Shown in pieces: positions 37,019-47,278 of a DNA stretch of 64,000 bases. The notes beneath the pieces were generated by a model. The model was not told the origin of the DNA. It searched no databases and saw only the letters and a list, made by a program, of their open reading frames with translations. Every line of letters starts with the position of its first letter. Within the stretch, counting starts at the first letter, position 1. Location: positions 186,001 through 250,000 of the forward strand of contig CDMY01000385.1 in NCBI GenBank assembly GCA_001179505.1. Direction: 5' to 3'. Made by a program: the position numbers and the translations under genes. The stretch comes from Vitrella brassicaformis CCMP3155 (Eukaryota; Protista; Chromerida).

Positions 37019-38255
37019 TCATTTCTTGAGTGTCGGTTTCGCAATGCCAAGCTCAATAAGACACAAAACAGCGTCACGGACGCTCTCTTCTAATGGCCGA
37101 TACTCAATGCCCAGCTCCTCTATGCTCCTGCACAGACAGGCAGACAGACAGACAGACAGACAGACAGAGAGACAGGCAGACAGACAGACAGCCGCGTACA
37201 TGCAGAGGATGGCCGACGTTGAATGGGTGTGTGCCTGCCTGGTGTTGTCGAAGGCCACTGTCATCTGCAGCTCGTCAAGGTTGTCGGGCACCTCAAACGC
37301 ATACTCAGGGACGGTCTGCTGCGCCATCGATGCCAGGATGCCCGCGGGAACTGCAGCCAACCAGCCAGCCAGCCACAATCAGCAAACATGCTTCAATGAC
37401 CGTCGCCATCTGACCGAATTCTCTGCCGGCCAGCAAGTACCGCTTCCCATCGGTATTGGGGCGCTCGGCGGCTCGAATGTGCGCAAGTGCCTGCAGACAC
37501 ACGCATGGACATCACAGCGCCAGAGATGCCGGTGTGTGTGTCGTTTATGTGCAAAAAGACCGTTTCTCGCACGTCAACGATAGGAGCTAGGATTTCCTTG
37601 TAGAAGGCCCCTGCGGATCAACAGCCACCCGCAGCACACACAACAATGGAAGGCTCGCCCATGCAGCAGGCTTGCCCTTTCTCCTCACCATGTTCGACAA
37701 GCGAGATCCCCCACTCGACCGACAATGTGTCTGGCTTCCGAGAATTTGGTGGGCCGATGACGAGGCCTGGCAAGATGGTGGTCAGCGGAATGCCGCTCTC
37801 CTCGGAATACCTCCACCCGACCTTCTCGGCTTGCACCTGACGATTGATGCTCTTGATGATGCAGGACACTTTCGCGTGTGCCTGTGCGTCTTCTTGCCTT
37901 GGAATAGTGGTACGGCGAGAGCTTGCCTCTCCCCTCCTTCTCGACCTTTTGCTGGAAGGCCGTCAAGGCGGCCGTCTTATCCGCATCGTCCATACCACGC
38001 AGAGTGCCTTTCACATGACAGCCTGCACCACGCGGGTGGCATAGGTGTCATGCAGGGAATCAAGTAGTCTTGCTCACCTTTTTGGAGCAGTTGCTCCACC
38101 AGATGCAACGCGATATATCCTGAAAGATGTATGCCACCCCAGTTGTGCCACCCAAAACAGGAATCAATCTGTATGGTACTTTTCTGCTTACCAGTCGCCC
38201 CAGTCACGCACACGGTTGCCCCGTCGAGAGGCGATGCTTGTCCTCCCTCCGGCAT
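37019..38255 (-). pseudogene. Extended SDR (dihydroflavonol-reductase/cinnamoyl-CoA-reductase-like) gene lacking its central ~100 aa; pseudogene, misassembly or truncated variant
   Basis: VCVTGATG|YIALHLVEQLLQK|GCHVKGTLR (NAD(P)-binding), then directly EGRGKL-SPYHYSK|VQAEKVGW...TTILPGLVIGP, IVDVRET|ALAHIRAAERP...RYLL, FDNTR|SIEELGIEYRPLEESVRD. There is no room for the ADL...HxAS...GTxNV...TSS segment. One GC-AG intron (37837-37897). Confidence 0.65.
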
Positions 38256-38364
38256 CGATATCCTGCAAAAAAGTGAAGGTCTCCTTGGCGAGCTACGGGC
38301 GAAATTATAGTACACGTAACGGCTGGAGCTATACGTGGATATGCACAAGGGAGGCTTGGACGTC
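38256..38364. promoter_or_regulatory. Putative bidirectional promoter (SDR / subtilase)
   Basis: Only 109 bp between divergent ATGs at 38255 (-) and 38365 (+). Confidence 0.45.
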
Positions 38365-41300
38365 ATGGGGAGATGCCTCATCGTGGGGCTGTCCATATTT
38401 AACCTGGCAGGTGGGCGACGAGACTGCAACATAACAGCAGACACAAACAAATAGGCAACGGACACGCTCTTGCCTTGTGTGTGTGTCTGCAGCTGCTCAA
38501 TGGAGGCCGCCGAAGCCGCCACCAAAGCTCGACAGCACCCTCCACTCTATACACCGGTTACGGGCCGACTCGGCGGCTTTTCAGAACTCCCCGTGGGCGG
38601 CCTCCGGCAAAAGCCTGATGGTCCACTTCAAAAACGAGACCCACGTCATGATCGACGCTGTGGCCGCAGAGAGCGGCGAAGAGCTGCTCCGAGAGCTCGA
38701 GGAAATGGGCCTCGTCGAGGGCTCACAGTTCTCCCACTTTGTCAGCGGCTTCCTGCCGATTGAGGCGATTGAAAAGTTGAGCGAGATGCCGTCGCTGCAG
38801 TACGTCGGGCCTGCGGCGGTGACCACTCAGGGTGCTCTCGATATGGCTCTGAGGAAAGGGGCTGATTTGTTGCCGGCGATTGACAAGAAGCTCATGTTGG
38901 AGCAGGAGGACAGGAAGAACCTGGCGGGGAGTGAGAAAGAGAGGGACCCCAAGGCACGGGGGGACGTCATTTCTGAAGCTGACTCGGCCTTGCGGACGTC
39001 CAAGGCTCGCGAGGAGATGGGCCTCACGGGGAAGAACCTGGCAATCGGCATTCTGTCCGATTCTTTCAATCAGGTGGGAGAAAGGCGACCGTCAGGTCTG
39101 CGAGTGTGTGTGTGTGTGTGCGTTCTGTCACCGCTTTGTGTGATCGTGCTGACTGACAACCAGGGCGGGGACAAGTTGCTGACGACGGCAGAGGACGATA
39201 TGAAAAACGGCGACCTGCCTCCTAAAGAGATGATAGAGATGCTCAAGGAGGGGCCATCGGGCAGCGGCATGGACGAGGGACGCGCAATGTACGAATGGAT
39301 GGATGGTAGATGGAACAGACACACGCCACAATGCTATCCCTCTGTCTGCCTCTGTGTGTGTCTGTGTGTGTAACGGTCAGGATGCAGCTCATTCACGAGT
39401 AAGCACAGCACCTTGGTCAGAGAGGCAGCCACTTAAAGGTGTCCAGCCACGTATGTGTCCACATGTCTTGTCTTTGCAGCATTGTCCCCGAATCGAGAAT
39501 AATATTCCATTCGGCCTTCGGGGGGCTGGCTGATTTCGCAAAGGGCATCATCCGCCTGTCCAAGGCTGGAGCCGACGCAATCGTCGACGATGTGGTACGC
39601 CACACACACCGCACCGCGCCAAGGCGCGCACAAAGGCGGCACGACAGGCATCCGTCCGTCTGTGTGTCAGATATACTACCGAGAGCCCATGTTCATGGAC
39701 GGCCTCATCGCGCAGGCAGTCGATTTCGTGGCCAAGAAGAAAAATATCCCCTACTTCAGCGCGGCCGGCAACAACGGCAAGAAGGGCTACATGTCTGAGC
39801 TGCGAATCACCGACAAGAAGGCGCACGACGGCCGCCTGCACAACTTCGACTCACGGCCGGGCAAAATGGCCGACAAGCTCAAGATCAAGGTGCCGCTGGG
39901 CTCGCGAGCGCTGCTGGTGATGCAGTGGGACGAACCGTACTTCAGCGCGACGCAGAAGAAGTCGGCGTCGTGCCAGGCCGACCTGGACGCCTACCTGATG
40001 AACAAAAAGGGCGAGGTGGTGTCCTATGGCGGCAACACTGACAACCTCAACAACGACCCGGTATGTCAGAAGGAATGCGAGACAGACTGCATGGAAGCAA
40101 GGATGGATGGATGCTCTCATTGTGTTTGTGTTGGCTCGTGTTGTGTTGTGTTGTGTTGTGGTGTGTTGTGTGTGGTGTGTAGGTGGAGATGTTTGAGTTC
40201 CAAAACGACGGGACGATCAAGGACAAGGCCGAGGCCGACCAAGTCATCCTGAAAAAACGCAAGGGCAAAGGCAAGGGCAAAGGCGACGACGAGGAGGAAG
40301 AAGACGACGACCAGGAGCAGGAGGAGGAGTTCTATTTGCAAATCGTCCAGGCAGGCGGCAAAGGCAAACCCAAACACGTCAAGTTTGTCCTCTACGGCTC
40401 AGCCAACGTCGAGATTGAACGAATCGGCTCAGCAGCAGATGATGACGAACAGACCGACGAAGACCGAGACGAAGACGAGGCCCATCCCTTCAACCTGGCC
40501 GACGCATCCACGAGCACCCTTTACGGCCATGCCAACGCCGAGATGGCAGTGGCTGTGGGTGCGATCTTCTACGGCAAGACGCCCGAGTTTGACGACAATG
40601 AGGTTGACTGGGTGCCGGAATCGTTCTCGTCTTACGGGCCACAGCCCATTACCATGGATGAGGCGGGCAAGCGGCTTAAGGAACCCATTGTGCGGAACAA
40701 ACCCGATATCGTCGCACCCGACGGGTGAGAGAATGACGGACGTATGGGTCGTCTCGTCTCCCTGCCCTCCTGCCTACCTGCCTACCTGCCTGTATGTGTC
40801 TCTGTGACGTTGTGTGTGTGAGTGCAGGCCCAACACGTCTTTTTTCATTCCTGGCCTCGACATCGAGCATGACGGTCACTTCAATTTCATGGGTACGCCG
40901 ACTGCACACATGCCGCCGATAGTCCAGCTGTGTGTAATGTCTCCCTCGTGTGTGGGTGTCCCTGTGTGAGTGCAGGTACGTCAGCTGCGGCCCCTAGTGC
41001 TGCTGCAACGGCGCTGATGATGAAACAGGCGAACCCAGACATAACTGTCGAGCAGATCAAGACGATACTCGTCGACACGGCGATTGACATGCACGGTGGG
41101 TCCACACGCACTCGTGTCAGACAGACAGACAGAGGTACAGGCACCTTGCCACACGACCTGCATGTGTGTGTCCATCCAGATCCGCTGGCCGAGGACCCCA
41201 ACAAGGGAGTTGGTTTCGACTGGGGGACTGGTGCGGGTCTGATCGACGGCTGGACTGCCGTGCAGGAGGCGGCCAAGCTGGCTGAGGAAGACGATGAAGA

Positions 41301-41478
41301 CGAAGGCAAGCAGAAGGGCAAGCGCAAGCCAAGAGGGGGGAAGAAGAAACAAGACAAGAAGGAAGACAAAGACGAGGATAAGAAGGAGGATGAAGACGAG
41401 AAGGAGGAGAAAGAGGATGACGAGAAAGAGGAGGAGAAGCCGGAGATGGCAACCGAGAGGAGGACACGATCACGATAG
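38365..41478 (+). CDS. Secreted subtilase (S8/S53 clan SB) of bacterial DEGRAM type with a charged C-terminal tail
   Basis: Signal MGRCLIVGLSIFNLA|AA; prodomain; IGILSDSF; DEGRAM|MQLIHD|IVP; AIVDDV; YFSAAGNNG (oxyanion Asn); YGHANA...VGA; FSSYGP; KPDIVAPDG; F-M|GTSAAAPSAAATAL (Ser at 40981); GFDWGTGAGLIDG. About 10 exons, including an 18-nt micro-exon (39381-39398). Confidence 0.9.
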
Positions 41479-42018
41479 CACCTGTTCGTGTGCATGGGTC
41501 GGTCGGTCGGTTTGGAGGACCGATGGATGGACGGATAATTACATGTGTCTTGCTAGCAGCCAGTGGGGCGGGCGGGCGGGGGTGTGGCTTTCCTCTCTTC
41601 TTGTTTTTGCCCTCCCTCGCTCCCGCCCGTGTGACGGCGTGTGCGTGGCTGTTTGGGCGGGTGTGGTGTTGATTACTGGTTGGGCTTTAAGTGCGGGCGG
41701 GTTGTGAGTGAGTCATGCGGCCCTCACTAAGTGTATTGTGGGCTGCGGTAAGATAGCCAGCCCTGTCAGTCATTCGTTGCACTACTAGCATCATCTCATG
41801 GTCCATCATCTTTTTTCCTGTTGCTGTGCCCGCCCACGCCCGTGGGCTGAGCAAGCGACTGCATCGATCCATCTTACCCTCACTCTCCTCTTTGTGCGTG
41901 TGTGAGGTATGTGTGTCTGCCTAAAGGTCTCGGTGGTTAAAGACAAAATGGTTGCTTGAATTAAGAACACTTGGAAGCCGTGTACTATTATTTCCGCTCC
42001 GCTCCACTCAAGCCAGAA

Positions 42019-44823
42019 ATGGCTTTGGAGTGGCGCTTGCTTTCCCTCCGGGTAGCCCTGGGGCTCCCGCTGGCCATCGTGTTGCTCCTGTCACTCGCTG
42101 CGGCCGCTGCCTCGGAGGACGCGCAAACAACGGTCACCGTAAGAGCGCTGCAAAGTGACGTCGTGGACGCCGAGGAACTCAAGAAGGAGAGGAGCCACAA
42201 GAAAAGCCGCGGCAAGGCCAAGAAGAAGAGAGAGAAAAAGAAAGTCAGGGAAGATGACGACAAGGCGGAGGACCCGAGTTCTTACGTGGAGCTTCCTGGG
42301 GAGCGGGTGATGCTGTGGCACAAGATGACGTTCGACCTCACCGGCCCAGAGGTCGACGAGATGGACGATGAGAACCCCTTCGAGGCCTACCGCATCGACC
42401 TCAAACTCACCCACAAGGACCTCGACAAGCCCCTCAAGGTGCCCTGCTACTTCGCTGCCGACGGCGATGCGGCCGAGACGTCTGCCACGGGTGGCGACCA
42501 GTGGCGGTGCCACTTCATGCCCATCAAGACGGGCACCTGGAAATACAAGCTCAAGTTCACGCAAGGCGACAGGGTGGCCGTGGACAAGAAGCAGGAGGGG
42601 GAGCCGGCGGGCTTCTTCGACGGCGCGAGTGGGGCGTTTGAGGTGCTCCCAAGCGACAAGAAGGGGAAGGACAGTAGGAGAATGGGGCTGCTGCGACACG
42701 TGGGAGAGAGATACCTCAAGTTTGCGGTGGGTGAGATATGGCTGATGGATGGATGGATGGCTGAGAGAAAGAGCCTTCGTCTCTTTCTTTCTGTTGTGTC
42801 GTGGCCTGCAGGGCACTGACGAGTATTTCATCAAGGCGGGAGTGGACGGGCCCGAGAACCTGCTGGCCTACGAGGGCTTCGACAACACGCCCAACTACCT
42901 AAACCTCAGGAAGACCTACCCCAAGCACATCGAACACTGGAAAGAGGTACATGCACAATCACAGCCCCACAATGCACACGGCACCCCTCAAGTGTGTTTG
43001 TCGATATCTGTCTGCCTGTCACGTGCCTCCCTCGCTCAGGGTGACCCGACGTGGCAGGGCGGCAAGGGCAAGGGCCTCATCGGTGCGCTCAACTACCTCG
43101 ACTCTGTTGGCCTCAACGCCTTCTCCTTCCTCACCTTCAACGACCAGGGGGACGACAGAAACGTCTTCCCATATGTCACGGTCGGTCACACGACCTCCAT
43201 TCATCCGGACAGCCCCTTGACGCTGTGTGTGTGTGTGCCTCGATTGGCCGATGCAGGCAAAGGAGCTGGGTCGTTTCGACGTGAGCAAGCTGGCGCAGTG
43301 GGAGAAGGTGTTTGAGCACGCGACCAAACTGGGGCTGACGATGCACTTCAAGACGCAGGAGGCCGAGAGCATCAAGATCCACGGCAAGGAGAAGCTGGAG
43401 GACTCGCGCAGGCTCTACTACAGAGAGCTGCAGGCGAGGTTCGGACACCATGCCAACATCATATGGAACATCGGTATGTGGGCGGCCATACTCGCAGCGA
43501 CCATCTGTGCATGTGTGTGTGTGTGTGTGTGTGTGTGGATTTGTTGGTGTCGTGTTGCGTGTCAGGTGAGGAGACGACGATGCCGGTGGAGGCCATCCGT
43601 GATTCGGCCGAGTACTGGCGGTCCATCGACCCCTACGAGCACCCGATGGTCGTCCACACCCACTACCCACAGATATGGGAGAAATACGTACCCCTCATGG
43701 GCGAAAACTCGCCACTGTGAGCGACATTCACCACACAACACCATACAAAACAGAAAGACAAACGACTCGCCACATATGGTGTGTCCACTGCAGTGACGGC
43801 CCATCGATGCACGCCCGTGAGCCCTTCGGCGTCAACAACCTGACCCGTGCGCTGGTGAGGATGTCCCATGAGAAGGGCAAGGCGTGGGCGGTCATGAACG
43901 ACGAGCAGGGCCCCTGGTACAAGGGCGTCCTGCAGGACGCACACGACCCCGACCACGACGTGCTGCGCCAGCAGCTGGTGTGGGGCAACCTGCTGGCCGG
44001 CGGGGCGGGCTTCGAGTTCTACTTCGGGTGGGGGTGGAACATCCACAAGATGGCCAACGAGACGCAGGTCAAGCACTCGTTCGATGACGACTCTCTCAAT
44101 GTCGAGAAGAAACCGCCCCCAGGCAACCTCATCCAGACCGGCGAGTCCGGCAATGACGATAACGGCGACGGCCAACTCGACGACCTGCCGGCTCTCGAGA
44201 GCTTAGCGTCGCTGGAGGGTGACAGAGACAATGCCCCCGTGGCGCACTCGCTCTCTGGCTGCCCTGAGTGGGTGATCTGTTCGGCGTGCAGCGACATTAC
44301 CTGCGAGGACTTCACCAACCGGCACAACATGTGGCTGCAGGCCGCCAAGGCCATCGAGTTCTTCAAGAAACCCATCAAGTTGCCGGCGTCAATGGCCTCG
44401 CAAGTCGGCCCTTACGACAGCAATGGCGGCGACGAGAGCGCCCTTGACTACCGCCTGCCGTTCTGGGCCATGTGGGACGACAACAACATCACAGCGGCCG
44501 AGGACGACTTCGCTTTGGTCAACGACGACACGTACCTGATCATGACGCCCACAAGGGAGAAGAGTGCCCTCTCTTTGGCCCTGCCGTCTGGCCGCAACTA
44601 CGCCGTTGCGTGGTGGAACCCCAAAGAGGGCGGGCCACTGGTGAGCGGCGATCATGTGGACATGCCCGCCCTCAGCGCAGCCGGGGAAGGGGCGGGGAGC
44701 ACGGCAGCCTCATCTCTTGTGGAGCTCCCCTTCCCACAAGAGATGATGGTGACCAGCAAAGAGGGAGAGATGAAGCACCCGGCCGAGTTCGTGGCGCTCG
44801 TAAGGGCCGTGCCGGATGGATAG
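42019..44823 (+). CDS. Secreted DUF5060 + DUF4038-like (clan GH-A type) putative glycoside hydrolase with a C-terminal beta domain
   Basis: Signal peptide MALEWRLLSLRVALGLPLAIVLLLSLAAAAA. Ig-like DUF5060: WHKMTFDLTGP...NPF...YFAADGDAAETSATGGDQWRCHF.P.KTGTWKY. Catalytic-type: DGPENLLAY, KGKGLIGALNYL, RFDVSKLAQWEKVF, YYRELQARFGHH..IIWNIG|EE, NDEQGP, WGNLLAGGAGFEFYFG, DITCEDF. C-terminal YAVAWWNPKEGG. Confidence 0.85.
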
Positions 44824-45719
44824 ACAGACAAAGAGGATGGATGGGCGTGCTGTGTGGAAGACGGCGGGCCTTGCGCGCGTGTTTGTGCGTGTGCGCCTGC
44901 CTGCCTGCAATGGTGGTGCACGTGTCTCCACCTGTTTTTGTGAAATCCACCCATACTTGAAGTGTCAGGTAGCTGAGCTGTGTGAAGGAGCATGATTACA
45001 CAGTCTGTTTGCAGCCTTCGGGTCGTCCGTATTTAGCCATCGGTTCTCTCGTAGGGTCTCGTAGGGCCTCATATGTGGCTGTGTCGGATTTCTCTATTTG
45101 TTCACTCGTTTTGTTGGAATTGGGGCTGGCGGAGCCAAGTGTCTGCCTCTGTCCTTGTCGTATTGATGAGTCTCACGATGCATCGGTACGGGTGTGGGCG
45201 GGAGGGTGTGCATAAATACGGCCATTTTGTGTGCGGCGAACTGGTGTGCACGTGTAGGCCTCCAATTCACGTAAGTAGCGTTCGTACGCATCAATCGAGA
45301 TGATTTGAGAGCAGCCGAGACACACACGCGGCAATCAGCACACAACAGCCTCACCGGCCGACAGCCAAATCAGTCAGAATTCCTGGCGATGGCGGTGCCG
45401 GTACCATTATTTTAACGCACTATTATTCTCCATCTTCACGGCAATCCCCCCTCCTTCCCCACCGGCAAATTGCCTTGTGTGTGTGTGTCTGTGTGTGTGT
45501 GTCTGTCTGCCCCGCCAACGCCCACGCCATTACTTTTTCTAACGCCTGACGGCGAGCGTTGGCGTTACGGCTGCGGAGAGCAGCGAGAGATATCTCTCAC
45601 CGCCGCAGACCTCGCCTCGCTCTCTCTCGCTGCTCACAGGCATCTGTAATTAGTTCGTGTGTTTATACTCTCTGCTTGCTTGTTTCCGTCCTGAGAGAGA
45701 GAGGTTTCCTCGACGCGAG

Positions 45720-47227
45720 ATGAAGCTCCTCGCGTGTGTGGTGGTGTCCCTCCTGCCGCTGTGCTTCTGCCGGCCGCCCGAGGCGCCGAACGTGGTGGGC
45801 ACCTTTGTAGGAGACCCTATCCTCGGTAAGCTGATTCAGACAAGGCAGAGAACGACGGGCTGGCCGGCTGACCCCCCCGGTTGTGTGTGTGGTTCTGCAG
45901 GCTCCCCTATTGCTGACCTGATCAAAGCTGGTCACGGTGACGACGTGATTTTGCCTTTCGCAGACTCAGACGAGATCACCACTGACGAACTTTTTGAGCA
46001 AGGAAGGGCGGCCGGTAGCACGGACCCGCTCAACAACCGAATCGACGCAGCGTAAGCTCTGTAAAGCACCGCACGCACACATTGCCATCCCCACACAGTT
46101 CATTCTTGCGGGTCGTGTCAGAACCAAGAATGATTACATTCTGTACGAAAGCTCCGCGCTCTTTGACGACCGGCCTGAGGTGCGGGACCGAACCCCGTGC
46201 TCCTCACTGCTGATGTGTGTCTGTGTCTGCAGAACTTTCTGACAGACTTTGAGTCGGGCATTAGTACCATTGGTTTCAGTGGCAACCAGTTCCCTTTCGC
46301 CTCCCCCCTCTTCCCGGATGGCGATGTGCACGTCTTTGACAAAGACGACTTTGGGCTCGACAAAGAGGTGCGTACAAGCAGACAATGAAGCAGCCCACAC
46401 AGCTACCTCGAGGCCACTTTCCTGGTGATCGTGTGCAGGTGACGTTCTGCCAAATCTGTATCGACGCCGATAAGAACGGCGAATGGACCACTTTTGACGA
46501 GGATGGCAACCCTTCCTTCAATAGAGAAGTGTCGATTTCCCTGAGGGCTTTACGGATTTCTCCACCACCTTTATTGATGAGGAGTCAGGCTCAAAGTGCC
46601 CGGTGAGTGCTGAGCAAAGAGGTTTGGGGCACCGCCACTGTGAATGTGTGTGCTGGACTCAGGCACGTCCCAATGTCATTGTCTTGCTTGGCCCCTGCGA
46701 CAGCGACTGCGAGCCCGCCGACTTTGGCAGACTGCAAACCTTTAACGCCGCTTTTGCAGCGCAGCTGGTAGACGTATCGACACTCCACTTCTTGCATCGC
46801 ACGTTTGCCTTTGGTTTCTAGATTGCCAACAATTGGGGCACCGGTGCCGGCAAGGCGGGCATCTTCGTGTATTTCAACGTGAACGAAGAGCCCGTAGATG
46901 CGGGTTTCAACTTGAACAGAGGCGTGTACAGAGCTGATCTCAGTTCAACGTCGTCCCGCCAGGATGTTATCTGGCGGGATGTCTCTACCTGCCCTCCTGA
47001 GGAGGGCAACGCGCTGGGCGGACAGGTGGCCGTTCGAGCAGCCGTGATAGCAGACGCCGTCGATCAAGGGAGGTGCAGGCCGCTCACAGCCTTCGGTGTT
47101 GATCTTGTGGAGGGTGCTATCGTCCTTGGGTTCATCCGGCGCGCCAATAGGGACCTCGAAAACTACGAAGCTGGCAACTTTCTGTTCGGTGGGTCGTTAA
47201 GAGTGCCAGTGTCTATAGACGGACGCT

Positions 47228-47278
<51 letters not shown>

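Noticed and set aside
46437-46603. Apparent frameshift in the duplicated-domain gene (VTFCQ frame versus DFPEG/SKCP frame)
   Set aside because: A canonical 131-nt intron (46458-46588) restores the frame (VTFCQI-C-SKCP). A 2-nt assembly slip in AGAGAAG remains possible, so it is unresolved but not evidence of pseudogenisation.
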